64,000 bases of DNA from Eutreptiella sp. 'Long Island Sound 2002' (GCA_964036045.1 OZ038379.1:32798001-32862000), one strand, 5' to 3'. Positions 46,506 to 60,708 are shown, counted from the stretch's first letter. Notes: a model not told the origin generated them from the letters alone. Numbers and translations are program-made.

Positions 46506-49399
46506 CTGCGGAGGCGGCGAGGCATATGGGTTGATAGGCATGGCACAGGGTCAGACGATGGGGTGCAGGTATGGAGTTTTGCGGCGATGGTGTTTGTACA
46601 GCAAAGAAGGCGTGTGGAGTTTGACAGGTTGGGTCACAGCATGTCATGTGCGGAGCAGCCAAGCCCCTGAGCAACCCCCAGGTGGAAGAAAGCATGTCTG
46701 TTCCTCATGCACTGTGACTTTCGGATCGATCTACGGCGGACTGTCAATGACCTTTGCACCGATCCCCCACACTTGAGCATTACCAGCCGCATCCACCTAA
46801 GCTGGGCATCGTGTGATTTCAGCGGCCAAAGTTGCACCGGGACCAAAATAGTGCACTGGGAGATCTCGTCTTTGGAGGCCCAAAACATAAACCACACGCA
46901 ACACAAGAGCCTTGTGCACCAGAGTCCTTTTGCAGTGAGGTCGTTTTGGAAGAGGTGAAGAGACATATACATGGAAGCATACACGCATACAGGGAACGAC
47001 TGGACCGATAGGCATCCAAGAACTGACTTGAGTGTCAGGCCAGGTTGCAACTCTCCCGACCAGGCTATTGCTCAGCGACCCCAGGGGGAGGCAGTGGAGT
47101 CGTTGGGAGGCCTCAGGGGCTGGAGATGGCGCACCCACCCACCCAGCCACAACCCACCCACCCTGACTCCGGGGGGTATACCTATGCACCACTGGCCCAC
47201 GTTGGCTTTAGCCACGCTCTTCGGGGTGGTCCCCTGCACCCCATTATGCTTGCTAGTCACGGAAGCGGAAGGTTATCCCGGGGGGGGGGGGGGGGGTCCT
47301 TCCTGAAAAATCCTTTTACCCCCCCCACGGACCCGCTACACTCAGCAATAGCCTGCTCCCTGACCCCCTTTTATTTGCTGGGACCCATCCCTCCCCAAAA
47401 TGCCCAACTCGGGCAGGCAAGCCATAAATGGCAAATAGACCAACCCAGCATACCAATTGGTACAAAGCATGCATCAGCTTATGTTATTGTGTTCTTTTGT
47501 TGGGGAGGGTGCAGCATTCTGATGCACTTCTCAGCCGCTGCGCAATACCCACATTCCACCCCACACTTAATCTTATCATAGAACATGCGCGACAAGGTCA
47601 GTTGGACCTGTGCAGCACGCAGTGACCAGAAGGGGCGCACCTACTCGCTCGAGCTGGCAACCCCCAGGCCTCGACCAGTTGTACATGCGGACTCACACAT
47701 TCAACGACACACAGCCATGCAGTGACGCACCTTTCAGAGGACCAGATGTGTGCCACACAAAATTGACGACGTTCTCTGCAAAACAAAGACAAAAAATGCA
47801 TACATTACAACAACACAGCACATGGTCTGCCAAGATGCACGTCAGAGCACTGGATGGACGCCTACCTTTTTGCGTGCCCCGCATCATGCACATGGTGGAG
47901 CACGTTCAAAGCTTTTATGCCCGATGCCTAGCCCTGTGGCCCAGGGCCTCTCACATCCAGGGGTGACACGGCAAGAGACTTCCCGAACGACTCTCTGCTG
48001 TCCCCTTGGGGGAGGCCCATTGGCCATTCAAGTGGGAGGGGGTCATGGTCCCGGCCTTTGTATGCAGACAGTGCGCACACAGTGCAACGGTTTTGTACTA
48101 CCTACCAGACGCTGCTTCTAAGCTTTCTCCTACACCAGATGAATGCAAAGGGGCAGAGTTCAAATCCTGCATTAAATGGTTCTATTCTTATGTGGGGTGT
48201 TGGGTGCAGTTGCTCTGCCCCTTGCCCTATCAAATGGATGTCATTCCCGTCATTCAATATGAGTCCAGGCGGCTGTGGAAAGATGATTATCAGGAGATCG
48301 TGCCAAGAAAAAAGAAGAAAGAAAACGGAACCTTTTCCAAGAAAGAAAACGGCATCTTGGGCCCTTCTGATGGCTGCTTCATGCTCATAAAGCCCAACAT
48401 GAGAGGCTGGGGGTCAAGACAGAGGCTCTTTGGGCAGCAGTTGGATGAGCCCCGCTTTAGATAGGCCATCTCACGAGGGAAGGGGGATGAGTACTTGCAG
48501 CGCCAGACGACCCCCCTCTGTGTCACTTTGAGCCTGCGTGTATGTGTGTTTGGTGTCGCACCTTTGATAAGAATCCTTAAGTGCAGCTCAAGTGTAGAAT
48601 GATTGCAGCGAGGGGATAGCACATGTGTCAACACTTTAAGTGTGTCATCACACACCACATATCCCAACACACAATACATCACTTCAACACACATACCACA
48701 ACGCAATGCAACACCACACAACACCAACACCAACCCCAACACCAACACCGCCGGCACTAATGCCAACACCATCACCACCACCAGCAGCTACGCCAATGCC
48801 AACACCAATACCAATATCATCACCACAACGCAACGGAACGCAACGCTGCCAGGCACAGGGGAGCAGAACACAACACCACACGCCATGCCACGCCACACCA
48901 CGCCACGCCACGCCACGCCACACCCTGAGTGCTCCCCAGCTCTACCCATAGGCAGGGTGCCGGGTGCGAAGCCCCGCACGACAGGGCCCGGGCACCACCC
49001 TCTGGGAGGTGTACTGCCAGTGTGGGGTGTGTGCATGCCCCAGTGCCAAACACCAACCCCGGGGAACCCCCAGCCCCCTAGTACCGGCCGCCTAGGCTTC
49101 GGGAATGGCCAGCGACCCCTAGCAAGGACGGCTGGCACAGCCTCCCCTCCTATCCCCCACATGCGCCCGCCCCACACACAGGGCCCACCACCACGCCCCA
49201 GCACGTGCCCCCCCGCCCCCCGCACTTGTGCTACTGCATCCCCCACCGCCGCCCCTGCGTGCTCCCCTCCACTCCGTCCTATGCCCACCCGCGCCCACTG
49301 CGCCGCAGGAGGAACGGCCGGCGGCGCCAGAACTTGTGGGTGGTGCACTATGCCGGGAGGAACCCTCCCAATCTTGTGGGTGGTGCCCTATGCCGGGCG

Positions 49400-49900
49400 G
49401 AGCACCGTGGCCTCCCCCGTTGGCCGATCCTCCCTAGCAGCAACCACCGGCACGGCGAGGCTACCTGTCTCCCACTATCCGGAGAATCCGCAGCCGGAGG
49501 ACTTTGGAATTCCCTCGCTGGCCACTCCTCCCGAGCAGTGACCACTGGCACAGCAAGACGACTTGTCTCCTCATGGCCGGTGAACCCGCATCTGGAGTAA
49601 CCGTGGCCTCCCCCAAGTAGCAACCACTGGCACGGCGAGGCTACGCGTCTCCCCGTGGCCGGTGAACCCGCAGCTAGAGGACTTAGGACTTCCCCCATTG
49701 GCCACTCCTCTTTAGCAACGACCACCTACACGGCGAGGCTACCCATTTCCCCCTGGCCGGTGAACCCACAGCCAGAAGAACCATGGCCTCCCACATTGGC
49801 CGATCCTCCCGAGCAGCGACCACCGGCACGGCAAGGCCTCCCCTCTCCCCGTGGCCCGTGAACCCGCACATGGAAGGACCATGGGCTCCCCCGTTGGGCG
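49400..49900. repeat. Degenerate 80-100-bp tandem repeat
   Basis: GGCACGGCGAGGCTAC...TCTCCCC.TGGCCGGTGAACCCGCA recurs about six times. Confidence 0.8.
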
Positions 49901-49904
49901 ATCC

Positions 49905-50690
49905 TACCCACCTCCCCGAGGCGGTGTGGCAGTGTGCACCAGGAGTTCCACTGCCCACTGCCCCAAGGCTGTGCGGCAGGGTATTGCACCAGTTCCACTT
50001 CCCACTGTCCCCAAGCAGTGCGGCAGTGTATTGCAAGACTTGCATTACCCACTGCCCCCGGCAATGAGACAATGTGTGGAAGGAGATCTACTGCCCACTA
50101 CCCCCGGGGAGTGTGGCAGTGTGTAGGAGGAGATCCACTGGCCACTGTCCCCGAGCAGTGTCGCACTGTGCAGCGGCTTCCAATGCCCACTACCCCCGGG
50201 TAGTTGGGCAATGTGCCGCAAGTGTTCCAGTACCCACTGCCCCAAAGCAGTGCGGCACATAATTGCCGGAGTCCCATTGCCCATTGCCCCCAGGCAGTGA
50301 GGCGGTGTAATGCAATAGTTCCACTGCCCATTGCGCTAGGGTCATGTGGCAGTGTGCGCCAAGAGGTCGCGGCCCACGGCCCCGAGACCGGCCACGAGTG
50401 TGTAGCAGGAGTTCCACTGCCCACTGTCCCAGGGCAGTGGTGCAGTGTGTAGTAACAATTCCACTACCCACTGCCACCAAGCTGTGTGCCAGTGTGTAGC
50501 AAGAGTTCCATTGTCCACTGCCCCAAGGTAGTGCGGCAGTGTGTGGTAGGAGTCCCACTACCCACTACCTCCAAGGATACGGCAGTGTGTTGCAGGAGTT
50601 CCACTACCCGGTGTCCCAGGGCGGTGTGGCAGTGTGTGGCAGCAACTCTAGTGTGTGGCAACAGCTCCGTTGCCCACTGCCAACAAGCTA
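49905..50690 (-). repeat. 45-47-bp satellite, reverse orientation
   Basis: GGAGTTCCACTGCCCACTGCCCC units, the reverse complement of the 52030-59002 arrays. Confidence 0.9.
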
Positions 50691-51486
50691 TGTAAGGCAT
50701 GGCTGGCTGGGCAGCAGCACTTGCAAAGGCTGATCTCCAAGAGTGCCCGCATGAGCGACAATAATTATGAAGGGCACAGGGATACTTGTGCTTTCACTTG
50801 ATGTGGGGTGGCTGGGTGGGTGGGGGGGGGGGGTTGAACCATAAGGGGAGCAAACTTGTCGGCAAGGTCCCATGGTGTTGTGTTTTGATGGAGAAAGACC
50901 TCCGCTTCATGATGTGTGTGATGTGGAGGCTGACCCTCGGCAAAGTTCGAATTCACCACTCAGCACTGCCATGGCGGGGGGCGAGGAGATGTTGGGGTCA
51001 CAGATGGTGGCTCCCAGATCCCAGGGTCCCAGGTCCCGTTCGGCTTAGTCATTACAGCCCGCCGCGAGCATATTCAGGTTGAGCTCAAGTGTACCCTGTA
51101 ATTGTACGACGTCTTGTTCCATTATACCCACCCGATCACTGCGTTGACCAGTGGTTTTTGGCGCATTTCATGCAATACACAAACGTGCCCAATGCTAGCC
51201 TGCCCTTTTCCTATCGGGGGCCCTCCTCGAAGAAGTGGGTTTTATTAGGGGGCTCTTGACCCAAAACTTATCAGGGGACACGACGCACCAGGATGCCAAA
51301 ATCGCAGGGCAGGAGGGTTGGGGGGGGGGGGGGGCACCGACAGGGCACCTGGTTGTGGCTCCGATGTGTCCCGTGCCAGCCGAGGCACCATTGGACGCTC
51401 AACCAGGAGGTTCTCCGCACTAACGGTGGGAAAATACGTTTCTACATGCACTCGTCAGGCATACGTGAGCCAAGGCCAAGTCACAG

Positions 51487-51572
51487 GTGGAACTGGTCCT
51501 TGACTTTTACTTCCTTTGCGATGCTACAAGCCCCAAAACAAGGGCTGTTTTGGCGAGTGTGGCCATGAAAAA
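51487..51572 (+). CDS. Candidate short exon of an unidentified plus-strand gene
   Basis: cacag|GTG...AAAAA|gtaagc, 86 nt (VELVLDFYFLCDATSPKTRAVLASVAMK); phase-compatible with a possible exon from 51687 (RLVRDIDRLLTQTLLLASQ). Confidence 0.35.
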
Positions 51573-52029
51573 GTAAGCACAGGTACTCCAGCTGGTGCTA
51601 CATCGCACAGGTACTCCAGCTGGTGCTACAGCAAATAGAACTCTTCTAGGGGCCTGCAAAGTTGTTGGGTGCTATGCACCACCTAGGCGTCTCGTGAGAG
51701 ATATCGATCGGTTATTGACGCAGACCTTGCTTTTGGCTTCTCAGAGTGCATTGGTTGTGCTGTGGTGTGGTGTGGCATGCCGAGGGCGCTGTTACCGGAA
51801 GGCAAAGGCTGGGATGTCTTGCTTACAGGCATACTAAAATGGGCAGGGGTGTGTGCGCGTGCGCGCTCTGTGTGGCCCGAGCGGCAACTGGGTTCGCCCC
51901 TTCGTCTGATGATCTCTGTCCATGGATGTTCTCGGGACTCCCTGCCGCTCCACTCGCCGGAGCCATTGCAGCTCCCGCAGGGCCGTCACCATGGTGCCCC
52001 CGGGTCCTACTGGGGCCTTGCACACTCCC

Positions 52030-53838
52030 TCACTAACTTGTGGCAGCGGGCAGAGGAGCTCATGCATCTCACTGCAGCAGTGCCCTGAGGCAGCGGGCAG
52101 TGGGTCTTCTGTTGCATTGTGCCTCATGCCTCGGGGCAGCGGGCCGGGGATCTCCTGCTTCTCACGGCCACACTGCCTGGGGCAGCGGGCAGTGGATCTC
52201 CTGCAACACACCGCCGCACGAACTGGGGGCAGCAAGCGGTGGAGGTCCTGCGGCACACTACCTCACTGCCTGCAACCAGTGGGCAATGGGACGCCTTCGG
52301 TGCACTGCCTCATTGCCTGGGGGCAGCGGGCAGTGGAACTCGTGCATTACACCGCCGCATTGCCTGGCGGCAGTGGGCCATGGATCTCCTGCAATGCACT
52401 GCCACACTGCCCGGGGGCAATGGGCAGTGGAACTCTTGCATTGCATTGCACTACATTGCCGCACTTCGTGAGGGTAGTGGGCAGTGAAACACCTAAAACA
52501 CCCTGCCACAGTGCTTGGGGGCCGCGGGCAGTGGAACTCCTGCAATACATCGCCGCACCGCCTGGGGGTAGTCAGCAATGGAATTCTTCCATTACACTGG
52601 TGCACTGCCTGGGAGCAGTGGGCCATGGAACTCGTGCTACGAATTGCCGCACTCTCGTGGGGCAGTGGGCAGTGGAATTGCTGCAATACACCGTTGCAAT
52701 GATTGGGGGCGGTAGGCAGTGGAAAACCTACTGCAGACGGCCTCACTGCCTGGGGGCAATGGGCAGTGAGCTCCTGCAATGCAACGCCGCACTGCGTGGG
52801 GGCAGTGGGCGGTGGGGCTCTTGCATTACACTACATTACACTACCGCATTGCCTTGGGGCAGCGGGCATTGGGACTCTTGCGTTACATTGCATTACACTG
52901 CCGCATTACATGTGGGTAGCAGGCAGTGGAACTCATGCAATACACCGCCGCACTGCCCGGGGCTAGTCGGCATAGGAACTCACTCCGGCAATACACCACC
53001 GCACTGCTTGGGGACAGTGGGCTGTGGAAATCCTGCATTGCACCGCGGCACCACCTTGGGGCCGTGGTCAGTGCAACTCCTGCCACACACTGCCGCAACG
53101 CATTTCGCCGGTGGGCACTGAAAATCGTGCACTACACCGCCGCAATGCCTTGGGGCAGCGGGCAGTGGAACGCCCGCAACACATTCCTGCAGTGTCGTGG
53201 AGCTGTGGACAGTGGAACTCCGGCATCAAACCGCGGCACTGCCTGTGGGCATTGTGCAGTGGAAGTCGTGCCACATAGTGCCTCGCTGCCTTGGGGCAAT
53301 GGGCAGTGCAACGCTTGCTGCAGTGGAATTCCTGCCTAAATCGGTTTCTGCACAGTGCCAGACTGTCCTGGGGTAGACTATCTTGGGGCAGGGGGCAATG
53401 GGCCTGCTCCACAATGCCGAATTGCCTCGGGGGCAATGGGCACTGGAACTCATCTGGAACACCGCCGCAGTGCCTGGGTGCAGTGGGCATCGGTACCCGT
53501 GCCAAACATTGCCACACTGCTTGGGGGCAGCAGACAGGAGAACTCCTGCTGCACAGCCCGGGGGCAGTAGGCAGTGGAACTTCTGCCGCACACTGCTGCA
53601 ATGCTTTGAGGCAGTGCACCGTGGAACTCCTGCTGCACGCTGCCTCACTGCGCGGGTAGGACATCTGCTGCCACACAATGCCGCAAGGGCTCAGGGCAGT
53701 GGGCAGTTACACTCTTGCCGCACACTGCCAGACTGCTTTCGGGCAGTGGACAATGGAACTCTTGTCGCACACTGCCACACTGCCTTAGGGCAATGGGCAG
53801 TGAAAAACCTACTACAGTGAAACTCCTACCTCACTGCT
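52030..53838 (+). repeat. 45-47-bp satellite (GGGCAGTGGGCAGTGGAACTCC...CACACTGCCGCACTGCC)
   Basis: Dozens of degenerate tandem units. Confidence 0.95.
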
Positions 53839-53843
53839 CCAGG

Positions 53844-55045
53844 TTAGGGTTAGGGTCACCGAGCTGGTGGAACCAGTCTTGGTTTTATAACCCTTTTTAG
53901 TGTCTAGGGTGGACCTACTAGGTTTAGCAGCAAGCAAGCAAGCAAGCAGCAAGCAGCACGCGCGAAATGGCTAAAATCAGAACTCCGTCGTGGTGCTTCA
54001 GATTCAGGTGAAATTTTGGTGGATGATACCTATGGGTGTGAAGTACAATCACACAAAGTTTGAGCAAGAAACTCAACGGTGGCGGCCAGGAACGGGCTTC
54101 GCAAAAGGCGGACCTCAGTTTCAAAAACTGCAGTTTAGGGCCAAAAATAGCCATTTTTGGGCCAAAAAAGCCCTGGAACACATTCAAAACGGCCAAACGA
54201 AGGGAAACGGTGGGTACACTCCACGTGCGGCTTGACTTCCCCGTGTCAACGAGCTCTTTGCGGCCCTCTAACTCAATGATATGTCCGGGAAACGGCCCAA
54301 AAAGGCCCCCAGAAGCTCCAAATGCCGACAGCCACAAACCAAGAATAGGCCATATCTTTGGCTACATGGCTCAAAATGCGATTCCGAGGGCACCTACTCC
54401 ACCCGCAACCCCCCACTTTTTGTGGTTTCCACCCCTCAAAATTGCCCAAACGGACGCCTAGACCCCCCGTACCCAGGCCCACTAGGCTGCGGCAAGCTGC
54501 AAGCTCAAGCCCAAACAGGTGGGTGCCCAAATGGGTCAATAGGGTCCAGTAGGGGCAAAAAGATGACTTTTCTCAAAAATGATCCTAGACCATGTGCGAC
54601 GCTAAAAACAAGTGTTTTTGGACCGTTTTCAGGTGGTGGTGGCCCATTTTGGTCCTCCGAAAATCCCAAAAGGCCTTGAAAATGGGCTATTTTGGGACCA
54701 AAAATGGGTCAAAAATGGGTCAAAAACGCATTTTTCCAAACCTCATCCTAGACCATTTGGGGTGCACAAACGGGTGAAATGAGCCCACTTTGAGCCCATT
54801 TTGAGCCCATTTTGGGGTATTTTGGCCCCTCAGAAGTCCAATTTGGGGTATTTTGGCCCCTCAGAAGTCCAAAAAGCCTTGAAAGTGGGCCTCGTGGTGA
54901 TGGGGTTCACTTGCAAGCTGATTTCACTTTGTCAAGAGCCATCAATGTGTGAATCATTCTTGATGTCCCTCACCAGTCATAGCTGATGTTTCCTCCCCCA
55001 CCAGCTCGGTCCCAATATTCAGTCTTGATTAGGGTTAGGGTTAGG
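53844..55045. mobile_element. 1.2-kb non-coding insertion in the satellite, with 13-bp inverted repeats and flanking TTAGGG tracts
   Basis: ACCGAGCTGGTGG at 53858-53870 and its reverse complement at 54998-55010; (TTAGGG)2 at 53844-53855 and (TTAGGG)2TTAGG at 55029-55045; internal tandem duplications. Confidence 0.6.
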
Positions 55046-58000
55046 ACAGAGGGCAGTGGAACTCTAGCTGCACTCTGTCTTGTCTTCGGTCACTAGGTAG
55101 TTGGGCTCGTGCTGCACAGTGCCCCACTGCATGGCGGCAGTGGGCAATGGATCTCCTGCCACATACCACCACAGTGCCCGGGGACAATGGGCAATGGAAC
55201 TCAAGCGGACCATTGCCACATTGCCTTGTCGCAGTGGGCAGTAGAGCTGCTGCAATGCACCGCTGTTTTGTCTGCTAGTGGGCAGTTAGAAACCTGCGAC
55301 ACGTTGCCGCACTGCCTTGGGGCAGTGAGAAGTGGAACTCCTACTGCACACTGCGACGCTACCGAGGGGCAGTGGGCAGTGGGACTCCTACTACACACTG
55401 CCGCACTGCCCCGGGGCAATGGGCAGTGAAACTTGTGCCGCACACTGGTACACTGCCTTGGAGCAGTGGGCAGTGGAACTCCTGCAATGCAATGCGAGAC
55501 CGCCTCGGGGCAATGGGCAGTGGAACTCCTACTGCACACTGCCGCACTGCCTTGGGGCAACGGGCAGTGGAACTCCTGCCCCACACTGCCACACCCCGGG
55601 GGCAGCGGGCAGTGGAACTCCGGCATCACACTGCCACACAGCCCCAAGGCGGTGGGCAATGGAACTCCTGCAACACACCGGTGCGCTTCTTGGGGGCAGC
55701 GGGAAGTGGATCTCATGCCGCGTACTGCCCACTGCCTTGGGGCAGTGGGCAGTGGACCTCCTATTGCACCCTGCCACATTGCGTGGGGGCAGTGGGCAGT
55801 GGAACTGTTGCTGCACACCGCCACACTACCCGGGGTTAGTGGGCATTTGAACTTGTGTTGCACCCTACCACACCACCCGGGGACAGTGGGCAGTGGAGCA
55901 GCTGCTGCACAGTACCCGACTGCATGGGGGCAGCGGGCCCTAGATTTGTTGCCACACAGTGCTGCACTGGCTCGGGGAAGTGGGCAATGGATATTTAGCC
56001 GCACACCGCTGCATTGCCCTGGGATAGCGGGTAGTGAATCTCCTATTGCACTGGAAGGTGAAACCCTTGCTGTACACCGCCACACTGGACGGCATGTGCA
56101 GTGAGGCTCCGGCAGCACACACAGGCTGCACACAGGCTACACACTAGCCGCCTTGCCTTGGGTCAGTGGACAGAGGGTCTCTTGCAGCACGCTGCCCCAG
56201 TGCATGGGGGCAGTGGGCACTGGGACTCTTGCCACACGGTGCTTGGGGGCACTTGGAAGTCGGACTCCTGCTGCAAACTCCACACTGTCCTGGTACTGGG
56301 GAGTGGAAGTCATACAATACGCTGCTGTAGTGCTTTGGCGCACTCGACAATGGGAATCCCGCAATACAATGCCGCAACATCTAGGGGCCGTGGGCCGTGG
56401 AACTCTTGCTGCACACTACCAAACTGCCTAGGGGTATTGGGCAGTGGAACTCTTACAACACATTGCCGCACTACCCCGGAGCCGTGGGCAGTGGAGCTTG
56501 TGCACTACATTGCCGCGGTGCTTGGGGACAGTGGGCGGTGGAGTTCCTGCAATGCACCATCGCATTGCCTCAGGGCACCGCGGCGTGGAACTTGTGCAAA
56601 ACAATGTGTCCCGGCCTAGGGACAATAGGCAGTACAACACTTGTTGAAACACTGCCATAGTGCTTTGTGGCAGTCGGCGGTGGAGCTGCTACAATACACT
56701 GACTGCCGCATTGTCTCTGGGCAGTGAGCAACGGAAATCCGGCTGCACACTGGCACGCTACCCGGGGGCATTGCGCAGTGGAATTTCTGCTGCACAGTGC
56801 CACACTACACGGTGAAAGTGTGCAATGGAGCTCGTGCAATGCAATGCCGCACTGCCTAAGGGCAGTGGCCAATGGGCCTCCCGCAATACACCACCGCTCA
56901 GCCTGCGGGCAGTGGGCAGTGGGACTCTTGCCACACACTGCCGCACTATGTTGGGGCAGCACGCAGTGGAACACGTGCTGCACACTGCCACAATGCCCCG
57001 GGGGACTGGGCAATGGAACTATTTCTGCACACTGCCCCAAGGGAGTGCGGCAGTGGGCAGTGGCACTCCTACCAGACACTGCCGCACAGCCTGCGGGGAG
57101 TGGGCAGTGGGACTCCTGCCACAAACTGCCGGACTCCCTTGGGGCAGTGGGCAGTGGAACACCTGCGGACTGCCTAGGGGCACTAGGCAAGGGGCCTCTC
57201 GCAATACATTGCCGCTCTTCCGGAGGTGAGCGAGCAGTGGGACTCTTGCCACACACTGCCACACTACTCTCGCAATACACCGCCGCCCTTCCTCTAGGCA
57301 ATAGGCATAGGGAGTCCTGTCACACACGGCTGCACTGCTTTTGGGTAGTGAGAAGTGGAAATTATGCTACAAATTGTCACACTGCCCTGGGGGAGTGGGC
57401 AGTGGAACTCAGGCTGCACGTTGTTGCACTGTCTTCGGGTAGTGGGCAATGGAACTCCCGCAATACATCGCCGCCATGCTTGCGGCCAGTGGGTTGTGGA
57501 ACTGGTGCAATACACCGCCGCATCGCCTAGGGATATTGGGCAGTGGATGACTTGCCACACACTGCCATGGGACAGTTGAGTTTCTGCAATATATTGCCTG
57601 GGGGCAGTGGGCAGTGGGACTCCCGCCACACAGTGCCGCGATGCCTTGGGGTAGTCGGCAAGTGAACTCCTACCTCACGCTACCGCACTGCCTTGGAGCA
57701 TTGGGCATTGGAACTCCTTGTGCTCACTGCCACACTGCCCCTAGGCAGTGGGCAATGGGACTCATGCAATACACTCCCGCACTGCCTAGGGCAGTGGGCA
57801 ATGGCTCTCTTGCAGTACAATACCGCGGGACCTGGGCACAGTGGCCAATCGCACTCCTACAATACACCGCCACATTGCCTAGGGGCAGTGGGCCATGGGC
57901 CTCCTGCAATACACCGCCGCTCTGCCTGCGGGCTGTGGGCACATGGACTCCTACCACACACTGCCGCATTGCTTTTTGGTAGTGAGCAATGGAACTCCTC

Positions 58001-59002
58001 ATGCACAGTGCCACTGCATGGGGGCAGTGGGCACTGGAACTCCTCCTGCGTAGTGCCATATTGCCGCAGGGGACTGGGAAGTGCAACTCTTGCCGCACCG
58101 CCTTGGGGCAACGGGCAATGGGGCTCCCGCAACACACCGCCGTGTTGCCAGGGGGCACTGGGATGTGGAACCAATGCAATGCAACACCGCATTGCCCATG
58201 GGTATTGGGCAGTTGATGACCTACCACACTCTCCCGTTATTGCAACCGTGGAGCTCTTGCAATACAGTGCGGCACCGCCTGGGGGAGATGGGCAATGGGA
58301 ATCCCTTAACACATCGCCGGTGCGCCTGGAGACTGTAGCTAGTGGAACTCTTGCGGTGCACTACCTCATTCAGGAGGTTCCTCATTCCACTCCCCACAGA
58401 CTCCACGTGGTATGGTAGTGTGCATCTACAATTGCACTGCCCACTCGCCCAAGGCAGTGCGGCAATATGTAGCAGGAGTCCCAGTGCCCACTACCCGCAG
58501 GCACAGCGGCAGCGTATTGTGGGGGGCCGATTGCCCACTGTCCCTTGGCAGTGCGGCATTGTATTGCAAAAGATGTACTGCCCACTGTCCCCGGGTGGTT
58601 TTGTATTGTGCTCAAACCATTCCACTTCCCAATGTGCCACAATGGCAGGGCGGTTTGTGGCAGCAGTTCGACTGCCCACTGCCCCGGAGTAGTGTGGCGG
58701 CGTGTAGCAAGACGTCCATTGCCCATTGGCCCAAGGCAGTGCGGCACTATGAGGCGGGAGTGCCCTTGCCCGGTGTTCCACACATTGCCGCCCTGCTTTG
58801 GGATAGCGGATAGTGGCACTTCTGCGTCACACTGCCGCACTACCCAATGGGCCGTGGAACTGTTGCCATACACTACGGCGCTACCCTGGGACATTGAGCA
58901 GTGGAACTCTTCCAGACACCGCCTGGGGAAAGTGGGCAGTGGAGCTCCTACGACATACTGCCGCACTGCCTAGGGGCAGTAGACAATGGGCCCTCCGCAA
59001 TA
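55046..59002 (+). repeat. 45-47-bp satellite with an internal inverted block at about 58420-58770
   Basis: Same unit as 52030-53838; orientation flips and then reverts. Confidence 0.95.
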
Positions 59003-59435
59003 CTTAGGCCACACTAACTGCCCACCCCCCTACCCACAGGCTGGGCTCCACGGGGCCATCCTGTACCTCCCCCCCCCAAAAAAACAGGGTATGAATTTTG
59101 CACCTAGGGGACCCCTTGCTCTTGAGAGGAAAAAATGAGTATCTCTATTTACCTAAAATGCCATTGTCATGTAACCACATTGTAGTTGTTAAAACACAAT
59201 AAGCATGTATGCATACTGGAAAAGCAGAGGAAGAATGCATGTTTCAGCAATACAACAAACCTTTCGGTGTTACACACAAATGTATCAACCTGCGAAGCAA
59301 TGAAGTGTAAAAAGTAGGGCGGCACACACTTGGCAAGGGTTGCTGCACCCTGTGTGTGCCCAAAAAACTGTCAATTGACAGTCACTCAAATCCATGCATC
59401 ATAATCAAGGTCTCTATTTGCCATTAATGAGACCT

Positions 59436-59524
59436 CTGGGCGAAATTTAGTCCAGCTTTGCAAAAATGTAAAAACGAACCGTGTATACCAAGAAATACCT
59501 GAACCTGGGCGAAATTTCTTCCAG
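59436..59524. promoter_or_regulatory. Two decayed variant palindromes of element B
   Basis: CTGGGCGAAATTTAGTCCAG at 59436 and CTGGGCGAAATTTCTTCCAG at 59505; period 69. Confidence 0.8.
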
Positions 59525-59653
59525 CTTTAGTAAAACACAAAAAAGCATTGCTCAAGACGTCAATGGTATCTGCAGAGACAGCGCACAACCCCATTGTGAC
59601 GTGTAACAGGGAAACCATACAACACAGCAGTCACAGCACACACCACTGTCACT

Positions 59654-60708
59654 CTATCGCCGCTTCCTCAGGCCGGGTGCCTTTGGTTTGGCACCCTTAC
59701 CAGGAAACTGCCCACCATATGCCTGTCCTGCCTTGTCACCAGACATCTCACTGTTAGCATTACCAGTGGCACCACGTCCATTCATGGGCACCACAGCTCC
59801 AGCCTTCAGGTCCCAACCCTGCTCAAGAAATTTAATAATAGGGGCAAATGCCTTGTAGGTTATTGCCATAGAATACTTATATGGGTGCCAGACACCGTAA
59901 AGCAAGGGGTGTCACAACAGGAACTTGTCTACGTGCCACGGGGCATAGCTTGCTCCGAACCACATTTTCAGGAGTGCGTAAAAGATCTTCATGTCAATCA
60001 GAAATGGCACAGTCCGTCTCGTCTTCACCTACAAGCATTCTAGCCCCCTGAGAAACACCAGTAACTCAACATGACTTCCGCATTTCAGGTGTGATAACAG
60101 AAAGGGCCTCCAGTTGAGGGATACCACAGCATTGCGAGCATAGTCCAGAGGTGCACGAACCCAGGTCCGCAGAACAGGCCCATCTGGGACGGTACCGCCC
60201 TGCAACAGCAACCCAACAGAGCAAACTAGGTAGTCGACAACCCCGGGTATACATTGTGCACACCATCCAAACCGGGCAGACCGTGGTACTGGGGCAGCGC
60301 AGTAGTGTGCAACACACCGACAGCAGTCACATTCAAAGTCTTATCAGGGCTATGGGGGTCGACCCCATTGGTGTAGCGACGGTAATTGTCGAACCACGGG
60401 GTAATTTGCTGTCTCTCAAATGAATCCCGCAGGTGTGAAGCTTGAACACTGGCCTGGGCCGAGATAGTAAGGGCATTGATAGTGCATTCCCGTGCCATTG
60501 CCAGCTTACGGCGGATGGACTGGGTCATTGTACCGCGATATGAGGCTCCAGTGGCTCTCTCAGCACGGGGATATGTCAGCACTCGCACAATGTTATAAAG
60601 TGAGAAAACTTGCTTCTGCACGACCAACAACCGTCTTGGTACACGACTAGAACTGAAGGCAGCCCGCACATACCCAACATTACGTCTAGTCTTTCTATTG
60701 TGACGCAA
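59654..60708 (-). pseudogene. Truncated transposase of element B, fused to the 3' end of the accessory gene
   Basis: WFDNYRRY, DPHSPDKTLNVTAVGVLHTTALP, VRAPLD, LNWRPF, IDMKI, YGVWHPYK and IKFLEQG all match element A; stops and a frameshift present; ends KGAKPKAPGLRKRR*, cf. GAKKPRASGLRKR* of the accessory gene in A. Confidence 0.9.

Noticed and set aside
46700-47050. Candidate upstream exon of the PDI-like gene (HYFGPGATLAAEIT / VDAAGNAQVWG)
   Set aside because: In-frame stops and no phase-compatible GT-AG boundaries.
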